From: Euglena gracilis | Lineage: Eukaryota | Assembly (NCBI GenBank): GCA_039621445.1 | Contig: CP154954.1 | Span: 18,072,589 to 18,136,588 of the forward strand | Direction of reading: 5' to 3' | DNA length: 64,000 nucleotides | In this document: positions 28,701 through 38,101 of the stretch, one piece after another | Position numbering within the stretch: the first letter of the stretch is position 1 | How the letters are laid out: each line of letters begins with the position of its first letter | The notes under the pieces: generated by a model | Told to the model about the DNA's origin: nothing | What the model saw: only the letters and a program-made list of their open reading frames with translations | Databases searched by the model: none | Position numbers and translations under genes: made by a program

Positions 28701-31700
28701 TTTTTGGAACAAAATCAGACAAAGGAGATCAGGCAGTAGACTTTGGTCATTTTGACCCCCCCTCCCCCCCCCTATGGTGAAGTTCACCGTTTGAAAGTTC
28801 ACCGGGGGGTTCCGGACCCCCTCCCCCCCCCCTCTGCCTAACCCATCGGTGAACTTCACTGGTGAAGTTCACCAAGAGAGTACTTTTTTGGCCAAAAATG
28901 GCCAAAAATGGCATTTTGGGCAAGTTTTTGGAAATTTCGCTAAAATTCCATGAAGCATCAACCTCAAAATGACCATTTTGAGAGGAAAGGACAAAATTGT
29001 ACATGTGAAAATTTCACCCCCAACCATCAAAACGGTGAAGTTCACCGGTGAGCTTCAGCGGTGAACTTCACCGCCGAAAGTACCCCCCCCCCCCCGGTGA
29101 ATGTTCACCGGTGAACTCTCACCGGGGGGTCCACAGCCCCCCCCCCACCCCTGCCTAACCTCCAAAGGTGCTGAACACCTCCCCCATCTGACCAATGCAG
29201 GGTGGGGGGATGTTGACCATTGAAAATTCCCAAATAAGATAATTTATCACTAAATTAATTATTATTATGGAATAAAACTATGTTAGAAAATGCTCTTTTC
29301 CAAATCGAATCTGGAATCAAGGGAAATGCATTCAGAGAATAGTGGTCTCTTTAGGAAGGAAAAATATTATTGGAGATTTTTTTTGCAACAATTTCTCCAC
29401 CCAGGGAGAGAGTCCTCCAACTGGTGGATGTTGAACAAACTCCTCTGAAAAAAAAGTTGGAGAAATTAACCAAAAAATTGAGGGTTCGTTAGAAACCCAA
29501 CATTGGCCTGCCATATGCCGGCATTCTCTTTTAGCCGTGGCCAGAACGTGCCCTGAAGACCTCAACCATGTTGCTGATGAAACCAGCACTTCATTTTGGT
29601 TACATTCTCATTAATTCACAATTATTTGGAAGAGTTGTGTTGTGCTGTGTGCGGGGCAGGCAAGAGTGGGCAGACCCAACCGTGGGATATCGAATCGTGA
29701 GGGATGAAGGTCGATGCCAAGCAGCTCTTGAGCAACGGTATCTTTTGGGCAACAAAACCATCCAATGACTCAAAGGAAGAACTTTGACAAAAACCTTCCA
29801 GACATTATCCCTTTTCCCAAAGACCCTCCAAAGCTCTTCGGGTATCCCCAAAATCCAGCATTCAAACAAAGCATCGTGCTGCGTTTCCCCACTCCATCAA
29901 AATCAGCTAATCACCGTTCCCCCGGAATGAATTGGTTCTGCCCAGGTTGGGTGACGTCAGGCACACTTGGGCGTAGGCAAGCACCCCACTCCCTTGCACC
30001 ATCAAAGACACCTCCGTCATCTCCATCTCCCCCTCCGACAATCGTGCATCGAACTGTTCTATCGCTTCACTCAAACACAGGGTGGAGAATTGGGAGTTCA
30101 AGCGCATGTGCAGAATCCATTTAACATCCAAGAGATTGATTTGATGAAGAAACTGTATGAAGATTATGTCACAAAAAACTAAATTGGTGTGTGACATATT
30201 CACTTTCTTCATGTCATTAAAAACGTGTTCAGCCCGCCAAATGCCTGCCCTGAAATTCGTGGTCATGAACACGTTTTCCATGAGGGCATTTGTGGCAATG
30301 ACACGTTTTCCATTATGGCATCTGTGGCATTGACACGTTTTCCATTAGGGCATCTGTGGCAATGACACATTTTCCATTACGGCATCTGTGGCATTGCATT
30401 AGGGCATCTGTGGCAATGACACGTTTTCCATTACGGCATCTGTGGCAATCAAGTGTAAGATGGAAAAAACGCTAGCATGAAAATTCGGCGACAAGTTGAG
30501 AGGCCAGGGTGGTCCTCAACGGGCGAGGCGGGTCGGGGGCACTCTACAACACAAGAAACGACCAGAAGTTGCCTTGGAGCACAACGACAAGCAGTGGGAG
30601 ACGTCACGGAAGACGACACGCTTTACACACAAAAAAGAGCCATACTTTGGTGGCCGCCGCAAATCTTAGCAATGAAAATGATATGCCAAACCGCAGGCGT
30701 CACACACAACTTTGTTCAGCTCGACATAATTTGGATTTTTGGGAATGGCAACACCACAAAAACCACATTTGTCCTGTTGTATAGGCAGTCCCGACTGCTG
30801 CTCACGTTGAGCCACACATTGTTCAATGACGCTCGCCTCATCGAACAACAGGCTGGGTTCCAGCTCCCATCCCGTCCAGGCAACAAAGAAATCATCCAGC
30901 TCAGGATAAGATGCTTGCCGATGTTGACACAGTTTGGCGAACTCCAAACAGTTGGCAACAGCAGCAAGCTCTGCACCTACGGTGCCAGACTTTTTCTTCG
31001 TGTTGCCCTGTGCCAGCAAGGGGCCATGAAGGGGGTCAACCTTCGGCTTCTTGGCATCTTGCTGGTATACCGCAAGAGCAGCCAGGAACAGTTCTGTCCT
31101 AGGGGGAGGTGGCAAAAGGCCATTCACAAAGTTTGCCGTGCGTTTAGCCATAGTGGGAGGGCTGCGAAAAAAAGGGGGGGTAACACGTTTTCCATCACGG
31201 CATCTGTGGCAATGACACGTTTTCCATTACGGCATCTGTGGTAAGGCACGTTTTCCATTAAGGCTCCTTTTTTTCGGTCCAAATTTCACATTTTCGCGAT
31301 TTTTTTTCCCTTGGCGTGAATCATGACCACGAATTTCAGGGCAGGCATTTGGCGGGCTCTGAACACGTTTTTAAACAAATTGTGGCTGAGCCCAGATTTC
31401 AGCCTGAAAACGTGTTCAGGGGGCCCCCTTCGGGGGCCCCCCTGCTGAACATGTTTTTAGGCTGAATTTGTTTTTAGGCCACAATTTGTGTGTAGAAAAA
31501 TGTGTGGAAAATGGGTAAAATAACTCGTTCACTGGGCTCCATGCAGAGCAGAGGGTGACAATCGGAAAGAATGTGGCGGCAACACACCCATGGAAAGATT
31601 CACTTCAACCTGTACATCAACAATTGCACAATGTTCTGTACTACGACGTCCATGGAGTCCCGTGTCGTGCTCTTCAGCAGGTCCACAGAGGACGTCATGA

Positions 31701-31760
31701 GGTCCATGAACACCACCCAGATGATGATGGCGGGCACCAGCGACAGGGCAAGGGTCGATG
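7371..31760 (-). CDS. Multi-exon receptor-type class III adenylate cyclase gene; N-terminus and some extracellular/linker exons unresolved
   Basis: Exons spliced by hand give continuous frames such as ...DKKGVTFAILGVVSALAVVLPLSVGLWLAARLYTLARGMDRIAQLQF...FGKFVPQAVVKVLIAGKMANDEMYPRTLTVMFADIEGFS...GTIDKRIGDC..MALWNAP...GIHTGECLVGNFGCSYRVSYTCLGDGVNLSSRLEGLNKKFGTYICVS...VTVPGKAEVLLVFEVL...WDGVFHFREK*. Class III catalytic residues are present: two Asp, substrate Lys/Thr, and Asn/Arg. Confidence 0.9.
7543..7616 (-). CDS. Cyclase gene exon (DPQQARQLLAANPLLDPPDKAWAAL)
   Basis: Frame-consistent; upstream intron 7617-9107 ends pair (CAGCACGTCGC / GCGGCGGGCTG). Confidence 0.8.
9108..9203 (-). CDS. Cyclase gene exon (GQVAYHWTQVDRTALLQSAARYEEAYTATVAG)
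   Basis: 96 bp of GC3-rich codons, CTG at -8 upstream and CAG at +4 downstream. Confidence 0.75.
10178..10378. repeat. Compound microsatellite (CA)n(CG)n(CACACG)n(CACC)n
   Basis: Direct inspection. Confidence 0.95.
12028..12067 (-). CDS. Cyclase gene exon (EVLLVFEVLCKAE)
   Basis: Completes the VPGKAEVLxVFEVL motif; intron 12068-12559 ends pair CAGGGCC/GGCCCTG; 3' boundary less certain. Confidence 0.8.
12560..12653 (-). CDS. Cyclase gene exon (GTYICVSGSTYQACAEDFHFRRLGRVTVPGKA)
   Basis: Cyclase C-terminal motif; in frame with both neighbours. Confidence 0.9.
13158..13198 (-). CDS. Cyclase gene exon (NLSSRLEGLNKKFG)
   Basis: Catalytic Asn/Arg helix; 41 bp; intron 12654-13157 ends pair CAGGCT/AGCCTG. 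Confidence 0.9.
14318..14362 (-). CDS. Cyclase gene exon (GCSYRVSYTCLGDGV)
   Basis: Class III R-x-x-YT-x-x-GD motif; intron 14363-14652 ends pair CAGGGTCG/CGGTCCTG. Confidence 0.9.
14653..14751 (-). CDS. Cyclase gene exon (CVMGLHESWRARGLPVLKFRAGIHTGECLVGNF)
   Basis: RxGIHTG...GNFG cyclase motif. Confidence 0.9.
15283..15488. repeat. Compound microsatellite (CACC)n(CA)n(CG)n(CACG)n
   Basis: Direct inspection. Confidence 0.95.
15505..15582 (-). CDS. Cyclase gene exon (MALWNAPEALPNHEKDAVAASLAMQD)
   Basis: MAxWNAP motif; 5' boundary uncertain by 1-2 nt. Confidence 0.85.
16149..16185 (-). CDS. Cyclase gene exon (HGTIDKRIGDC), boundaries uncertain
   Basis: GTIDKxIGDC motif; downstream intron ends pair (CAGCTTTTGCAG / CTGCAGGGCTG), but the junction phase is not clean. 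Confidence 0.65.
16770..16895 (-). CDS. Cyclase gene exon (RTLTVMFADIEGFSAICEAEFPAVLVAVCTEYFEAMC), 3' end uncertain
   Basis: FADIEGFS first metal-binding Asp motif; intron 16896-17204 ends pair CAGGCGTTG/CGACGCCTG. Confidence 0.9.
17205..17241 (-). CDS. Cyclase gene 37-bp exon (IAGKMANDEMYP)
   Basis: Bridges VVKVL and RTLTV in the correct phase, with CTG at -8 and CAG at +4. Confidence 0.85.
18128..18280 (-). CDS. Cyclase gene exon, HAMP-like linker (MDRIAQLQF...FGKFVPQAVVKVL)
   Basis: In frame with both neighbours; intron 18281-18834 ends pair over 10 bp. Confidence 0.9.
18835..18930 (-). CDS. Cyclase gene exon, second transmembrane helix (FAILGVVSALAVVLPLSVGLWLAARLYTLARG)
   Basis: Hydrophobic helix; intron 18931-19897 ends pair CGGGGGGTTG/CAGCCCTCCG. 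Confidence 0.88.
19898..20007 (-). CDS. Cyclase gene exon (SLQCTVLMLKNRASVMGSIDASNGHVDQSMSDKKGVT)
   Basis: In frame on both sides; paired intron ends. Confidence 0.8.
20284..20369 (-). CDS. Cyclase gene exon (QSWTAIPESTNEAVLSGQQYWVATGYSTG)
   Basis: In frame; intron 20370-20574 ends pair CAGAGGAAG/CTTCCTGTG. Confidence 0.8.
20575..20735 (-). CDS. Cyclase gene exon (SSHGKYFSHSDVDPRYINPLL...ACQQLYSKY)
   Basis: In frame with 21108-21154; intron 20736-21107 ends pair CAGGGGTGGTT/AGCCACCGTTG. Confidence 0.8.
21108..21154 (-). CDS. Cyclase gene exon (DRLVLFFRQPHGFMIA)
   Basis: Joins in frame to SSHGKYF; TTG at -8 upstream. Confidence 0.7.
22004..22286. mobile_element. hAT-type MITE inside the cyclase locus
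   Basis: Ends CAGGCTTCT...AGAAGCCCG; 8-bp TSD TTTCTTAC/TTTCTCAC. Confidence 0.7.
23805..23860 (-). CDS. Candidate cyclase extracellular-domain exon (GWLTTMAFNRFTGQVALVR)
   Basis: Coding-like island followed by NNNCAG; junction partners not resolved. Confidence 0.4.
25445..25545 (-). CDS. Candidate cyclase extracellular-domain exon (TWVALFYDLNNTYGTHTLYSTPLMMARNEKVSTL)
   Basis: GC3-rich coding island on the same strand, preceded by CTG; boundaries approximate. Confidence 0.55.
26671..26764 (-). CDS. Cyclase gene exon (APFTGQTFTMMKGHPVFSQVALIGCFLDPTE)
   Basis: GC3-rich; upstream intron 26765-27260 ends pair CATTCTGC/GCAGGGGTG; followed by GACCAG. Confidence 0.65.
28760..29160. repeat. Dispersed repeat with GGTGAA(G/C)TTCACC palindromes; inverted copy at ~63690-63965
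   Basis: Direct reverse-complement similarity between the two copies. Confidence 0.75.
29973..30072 (-). CDS. Cyclase gene exon (SEAIEQFDARLSEGEMEMTEVSLMVQGSGVLAY)
   Basis: Joins exon 31616-31760 as AT|G; intron 30073-31615 has CAG at +4 and CTG at -8. Confidence 0.75.
30218..31373 (-). mobile_element. Intronic inverted-repeat element carrying a degenerate PHD-finger ORF (31151-~30610)
   Basis: ~50-bp inverted repeats (AAAACGTGTTCAG...GTGGTCATGA), 32-bp tandem repeats on both sides, CGFC...CDAC...YHFHC*...LC pattern. Confidence 0.55.
31616..31760 (-). CDS. Cyclase gene exon with first transmembrane helix (TLALSLVPAIIIWVVFMDLMTSSVDLLKSTTRDSMDVVVQNIVQLLM)
   Basis: Open GC3-rich frame with a hydrophobic helix, absent from the ORF track; upstream exons not found. 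Confidence 0.75.
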
Positions 31761-33849
31761 TGTGGCAGAGATGAGTGACACTTCCAGTATTAATCGGTTG
31801 AGCAACATCTTATAACAAATATTGAACTGCACAATAAACTTAACAAAACTCAAAAAAAAAATTTTGTCTGGAGTGCGTCAGCCATTGCGTTCCTCGAAAG
31901 ATAAAAGTAAACGTGTCCCATGCCAGGTTTGGAGTAGACGTTTTGGGGGGGGTTAGGGACCCACATTTGGGGGGGGGGTCAATTTTTGGTGAAATATTTT
32001 GGGTGCTTCGTGCCGAAAATAGAGACCTCTCCCCTTCAGAGGGTGCCCACTTGGCCCGACCTACTGGGTGGGAATACCCACCCAGTAACCCCACGTGGGT
32101 GATCAAAATTTTTTATTTCTATTCTCTTTGGCTGAACGACCCATTGCATTTTAAAGCCACTAGTATGGGTCAAGGGATGAAGCCACTGCCAACGAACAAT
32201 AGAGAAATTGCGGATTGCAGTATGCATTTCCCCCCCTTGCATTCTCAGGGCCCTGCCAAGGTACAAGGGTCAGAACAAAGGTAAATGAGATTCGGAACTC
32301 CATTGAAAGAGACTGATGGGAGGAAATAAAAGATGGTGGGAAATTCAAAAATACTTGGACACATAACAATTTGAGTATAAACCGATCAAAATAAGAATGT
32401 TACTAGCTCGAGTGAGCACTTTGAGGGGGCCCAGGTCCCATATTTGGGGTCATCTATGCGTGTGTCTGCGTGCGTTTGCATGACAGGAATGGCCCATCCC
32501 ACATTAATGTCCGCCCTCCTACAGGGTATCACTGCGGACTACCTCAGAAGGCACAGTCACATGGTGAGGTCGTGGCCCAGCACGATGCTTGGTGGAAGAC
32601 CGGCACATGGTGTTTGGCATTATTATTCAACCGAATGATGAAACTTTGGGGGTGGTGCGGGTCACGGGGGGGTCACGGGGGGGGGGGGGCACGGGGGAAA
32701 TATGCCACTTTGGAGGTAGTCGGGGGTAGCATCCATCATGTTGCATCCCATCACGAGAAGGGCGGCACGCATCCAAAAAATCGGTGATTCTCAGGCCCAA
32801 AAAGTGGTCATTTTGAATCAGTTTTGGGCAATTTTTGAACACAAAAAAAAAACGCTTTTTTGGACCGAAAATGGTCATTTTGGGGTAATTTTTTATGTCT
32901 GAAATTGGTCATTTTTTTCATTTTTGAAAGGGAATTTTGTTAGGATTTTCTTGACCATCACATTTTTTGGGATTCATTTTGGGCCATTTTTTGACAAATT
33001 CTGTTTTGGGTATGGAAAAGCACCAATTTTTGGCACTTTTTTTAGGGGACAAGATTTTTGGCCATTTTTGGTGTGAAGGTGCGTTGGGCGTTGGGTGCCA
33101 AAAAGGGGTTTGGTTGTCCAAATGGAAGGTGGGGTGAGGACAATTCTTTTCTGTTTTTTGGGGGGTGATCTTCCACACAAATCTCATGTCCCCTCCCCCC
33201 TTCTTGCCATGAAATTCTTTCCTACTTGCACAATATCCTCTTTTGCCAATGGACATATTTTGGGCCAAATTGACACAAATAAAAAAAATTAAATTCCTAC
33301 ACCAAAAAAGCGCCCTTGTTTGGGTCGAAAATTTTTTCACCTCAAATCTTGGCATTTCCTTCCATTTTTTGACCATGTGAAAGCAAATTTTCGCTGGTTT
33401 CTGATACGAAAATTGTGTCCAGAACGCCGGTTCGGGCGTGAAGCCGTGTTCCAGAACGAACGGGCGGCAGCCCGAACCGGCGTTCTGGAACACGGCTTCA
33501 CGCCCGAACCGGCGTTCTGGACACAGTTGTTGAAACCGTGTATTAGGGGCTCTGGCTTCCCGCCCGTTCATGGACGCATGGTCATTTGTGACTCCTCTAT
33601 GCAGATTTCTTCTAAATGAACGCCGGTCAGGTTGCTACCGTTTGCACCAGTGCACTGCCCCAACCCCCCACACCAGCTGAATTCTTTGCTGGCCTTGAGG
33701 CTGCCGACGCACCTCGGAAAACAGCAGAAGGCCATAAAAAATTTTTTTGGGGATACGTTTGTCGACAGTTGCCCCACTGGTGGATTGGCAAAAAACAAAA
33801 TAGTGGCTCTTGCAGTTGCGCGGGATTTCCAAAAGGTTTGCGAACTACG

Positions 33850-34800
33850 TGGGGCAACGTTTGACTTTCTGGATGACTGGCTGGTGGCATTTGCCTTCTG
33901 GACGGTAAAAGTCACGTGCCTTTTTGATCACGGTGACGAGAAGCAACAGGCAGCCGCCGTCCAGCGAAACAAAAACCAAAACAAAAAGCGTAACAGTGCA
34001 ATCAACAGAATGCCAAGCAACCGCTCCGGGAGCAGCTTATGCTGCCCCGTGACAACCCCAAAATTTGTGGGGTGGAGACATGGCAGCGGCAACTGGCACT
34101 GCTGCCAGATGCCGCTAATCCCTCCTTACCATTCTGGTGCTCCTGCAAAATTATCTGCAAAATTCCGGTCCCGTCAAGGCATAGTGGGCCGGCCTGTTTT
34201 TTTTGACGTTGTTTTTTTGTTGTTTTTTAAATTCTAACAATGCTTTTTTTAAAAAAAAGAAAAAAAACGCCCACTAGGTTTTGCATGGAAAATTTTTTGA
34301 ATGAACATTTTCAATCATTTTTGGCAATTTCTGGGTAATTTCTGCCAAAAACTTCCTTCCACAAAAATGAAAAAAAAGTCATAAAATTCCATTTTTGTTG
34401 CATTTTGGATGTTTTTGACCATTTTTGGCAGTTTTTGAACTGAGTAGGATTCAAAATATGGTTTGGGTGTTTCATAACGAGTTTTTTCAATGAAATTTTC
34501 CTTTTGTTTTTTTTGATGTTTTTTTTACTGTTTTTTTAAAAAAACAAAAAAAATGCCCACTATGCGTCAAGGCAACTTATGCAACGTTTCCTGGGGCAGC
34601 CAATTGGGCGCGGGACGTGCTTGACCGGCCAAATTGTCTTCAAGGATCTGGCCCGCCGTCCGGTGGTGTCTGCTTTGGTGGACGAGTTGGGGTCGCATCG
34701 GGCGGCAAAGGCTGTGGGCATGTGCCCACGCAATACGGAAAAGTATTATCGTGCTCCCCAAGACGACATTTGTCGTCAGGCAGCGCAAGCTCTCCAAAAC
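33850..34800 (+). pseudogene. Degenerate tyrosine-recombinase-like (Crypton-type) coding remnant, split by a hAT MITE
   Basis: After removing 34180-34572: ...RNKNQNKK (frameshift) LMLPRDNPKICGVETWQRQLALLPDAANPSLPFW...VFKDLARRPVVSALVDELGSHRAAKAVGMCPRNTEKYY. Confidence 0.45.
34180..34564. mobile_element. hAT-type MITE
   Basis: TIR CATAGTGGGC/GCCCACTATG; perfect 8-bp TSD CGTCAAGG. Confidence 0.88.
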
Positions 34801-35332
34801 GTGTACATTTTTACATTTTAATTTCACCTCGCATACACGTATTCCTTTAGCAGAGGCGGCTGCCCACGGACATTCCCAGTTCTACCCGAACCTTATTGAC
34901 GCCGAAGAAAGAAGAGCCACGGGTTGTGGAACTGTTGGACAGTTCGGATGACGAGGTTTTGCAGATTCACCAGCTTGAAAATTCATTTTCCACTCACTCG
35001 AGGTCATTGTGGACGGCGGTGTTGCACCACCTGTCCCACTTCCCAAAGAGGATCCCCTGCCGGCTAAGCATCTCCAATGCTCCAGCGGTGAAGCCAGAGG
35101 AGGTAAAAATCCCGTTTGACGGCAGTTTTACACTACTGTCTTCAGGAGCCGGCTGACCAGAGGCTGACAATCGACGACCTGTCGCATTACAGGCAACAAT
35201 TAGCTAAAAATAAATTCGAATATAACGCCTTCGCGTTCTCTGAGCAGGGTCGTTTATAATTTGTCTCAATTTTCCCCCACCCCGCACCTCCCTGTTAAAA
35301 TAAACTGTCCCTGTTTTCGCCCTTCCAACGCC

Positions 35333-36025
35333 GCCAACACAGAAGGGATTTTGTTATTTGAGGCTCGGATTGGGGTGGAGGGGGGAGTTTTCTGCCTCTC
35401 GTGATACAGAATGCTTGCATTCCTGAAGGATTTTCATGTAATCCCTGTTTCATCAGTGGTTTTTTACCCCTCCGGACCCCCATCAAGGGCCCACCGACCC
35501 CCCCACTGACCAAAGATTTCCATCTTGGGGTGTTTATTTAGGCGTGGGACACTTATTTGGACCCATCCGGACCATTGAATTTTCAATATAAGTCAAAATT
35601 TGCACAAAAAAGGACTTATCAAGCCAAGTCTATTGCCAACATAGAAGGGATTTTGTTATTTGAGGGGGGGTGCGGGTGGTGGGTTGGTTCTTTTTTTTGT
35701 GTTGCTTATCCCCCCCCCCGCCCGGCCCCCCCAGCCCGCCTATGCCAAAGTGAGCCACAAAAACGACTTAGCCCCCGAGTATGTTGCCAACACAGAAGGG
35801 ATTTTGTTATTTGAGGCTCGGATTGGGGTGGAGGGGGGAGTTTTCTGCCTCTCGTGATACAGAATGCTTGCATTCCTGAAGGATTTTCATGTAATCCCTG
35901 TTTCATCAGTGGTTTTTTACCCCTCCGGACCCCCATCAAGGGCCCACCGACCCCCCACTGACCAAAGATTTCCATCTGGGGGTGTTTATTTAGGCGTAAG
36001 ACACCTATTTGGACCCATCCGGACC
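35333..36025. repeat. Local direct duplication of ~240 bp (35333-35573 and ~35786-36025)
   Basis: Near-identical GCCAACACAGAAGGGATTTTG...GGACCCATCCGGACCATT blocks. Confidence 0.85.
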
Positions 36026-36369
36026 ATTTCCGGGTGATTTGGGCCCGCCACAGACCATTTTTATGACCGCCGACTAGCCACCGACTAGTTTGCATTGGAT
36101 TTTGTTCATGGGGGGGCTTAAAAGTCGGCGGTTTTGACCCGTTAGTACATTAGAGTGGGTAGTCGGCCGACTAGTTGGCCGACTACGCACTACCCCCCCC
36201 CCCCATGTCTCGCCGACCAGCTACCGACTAGGCCTAGTCGGCGGCGCAATTGGGAGGTGGCCGACTACCCACTACCCCCCCCCCCAGTCTACCGCCTTGC
36301 GCCCAACGCCGCCAACTGCGGCGTTGCCCGTCGACTTGTCCAACGCTCCGAACCCCTTCCGCCCCCAGC

Positions 36370-36620
36370 CGGGATTTTTGGGCTTCGGCGCTTCGGCGCC
36401 AAAAGAAATGGCCACTTCAAGGGGGGTAAACCAAAGTTGCCAAAAATTATCCACACCGAGGGGGGGACACTTTGAGGGGGGGGGTGAGGGTGCCCACAAC
36501 GTTGCACATAGCCGGAGAGAGATATGCTCGCGATCGTCGGATGAGACAAGAACAGAGTCGAAATTCGTGGTCATTTCTGGCACTGCTTTATTTGAGAAAC
36601 ACATTGAACAATACAATAAA
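36370..36620. repeat. Dispersed repeat, second copy at ~59270-59510
   Basis: Shared GGGCTTCGGCGCTTCGGCGCCAAAAGAAATGGCC...GAGAAACACA sequence. Confidence 0.8.
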
Positions 36621-37390
36621 TATTCTTTTTCTTCTGGCCAGTTTTGGGCCAAAGGTGCTGGCCAGTTTTGGGCCAGATGTGATGGACACTTTTGCAAATG
36701 GAGAATGCCACGGGGGTTGGCCAGCTCTGGGCCACAGGTGGTGGTCAATTTTGTGCCACCTGTGGTGGCCATTTTGGGCCAGAGATGGTGGCCACTTTTG
36801 CACCACAGGTGGTGGCCACTTTTGGGCTAGAGACGGTGGCCAGTTTGGGGCCAGAGATGGTGGCAAGTTTTTGGGCATAGAAAGGGAGGGCAACCATTTA
36901 GGGACAGTGTAGTTTCTATCGAGTCAGCAGACGCTTGCTTGCTTGTTGCCATCGACTGAGAAACGCGGGGTCCATGAATGACGGGGCAGCATTAATGAAT
37001 GCTCTACTGGTCTCCCCGTAACATTTTGGACAAAACCGATGTAAATAATTCCCTGGGTTTCTGACTGACAAGGATAAATGTCTGTTTTTTACGATTGAGA
37101 AATGTCCTCCTTTTTGACGACTGGAATGTTGTAATGCGTAATTATACTGTCGGTAATAAACACAGAATGCAAAATACCATTACTCCCCCTTTAACGACCC
37201 CCCCCCTAAATGACCCTCCGGGGTGGGGGCCCAGACAATGGAAATTTTTTCAAGAAAAAAGTCTTCAAAAACCACCGATCTTTTTGAAATTTTTAGAAAA
37301 GGGAGTTTTCCTTCTGGTAGAAATGGTGCCAGTGAACACAAATTTCACAAAAAAAAGTTCCGAAAAAATGGGGGTAGGGGGGTATCCAAG

Positions 37391-38101
37391 GGGGCGGACG
37401 GACGGACGGACGAACGGCTGGTGAAAAAAGCGAAGGTCCGGACGGACGGCTGACCTTGTGGGCTTGGTCCAGACGGCTGAAGAAAATGCACTTGGTCCAG
37501 CTAGCCGGCTGGCCGGCTGGCCGGCTGGCCGGCTAGCCGGCCGGGTCTTTGGAACCGCAGGCGTAAACCACAATCGCGTAGATCGCCAACCGGAAGTAAC
37601 GGTCCAGATCTGGGTTCCACACAACATGTCAGATCTACAGTACGATGTCCGCTGAGCCGCCCCGTACTGCAAGGTTCGTATCAGAGGTGATGCACGGGCC
37701 TATTTCTGTGGTATTTATCATTCAACCTCAAGATGATTATTTCCAAGTGGCTACAGTGACCTCCTTGCGTACTCAACTCATCCTCCGAGAATGATATCAC
37801 CCCCCGTGGTATAGCGGTCGTGTGGTTAGCGTGTGACCGGTAGATCGCGGGTTCGAATCCCGCCGGGGGGCAGCTTCGTGGTTTTCCTGATTTGACGCGA
37901 CGAGTAGAGGGAAGCTGTGACTGCTTTTCGGAAAGGAAGGAAATTTTTTTTTGGTCCGGCCGGCTGGCAAGACAGACATTGGTCCGGCTTGACGGACGGC
38001 TGGCGAAAAAATGCTTCGTCCGGACGGACGGCTGGGCGTCCAGCATTGGTCCAGCTGAAGAGGTCCGGACGGCTCGGACGGCTAGCCGGCCAGCCGCCCC
38101 C
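37391..38101 (+). mobile_element. GGAC-repeat non-autonomous DNA element, type B copy 1, with tRNA-like cargo
   Basis: Ends GGGGCGG...CCGCCCCC, TSD AAG, subterminal (GGAC)n; near-identical to 46794-47473. Confidence 0.85.
37800..37871 (+). tRNA. tRNA-like sequence with degenerate anticodon arm
   Basis: CCCCCCG/CGGGGGG acceptor, A box TGGTATAGCGG, T-arm GCGGG TTCGAAT CCCGC. Confidence 0.55.

Noticed and set aside
31616-31641. Intron start at GTACAG 31641
   Set aside because: The frame continues (VQNIVQLLM), and only the second GTACAG at 31615 gives an in-phase join.
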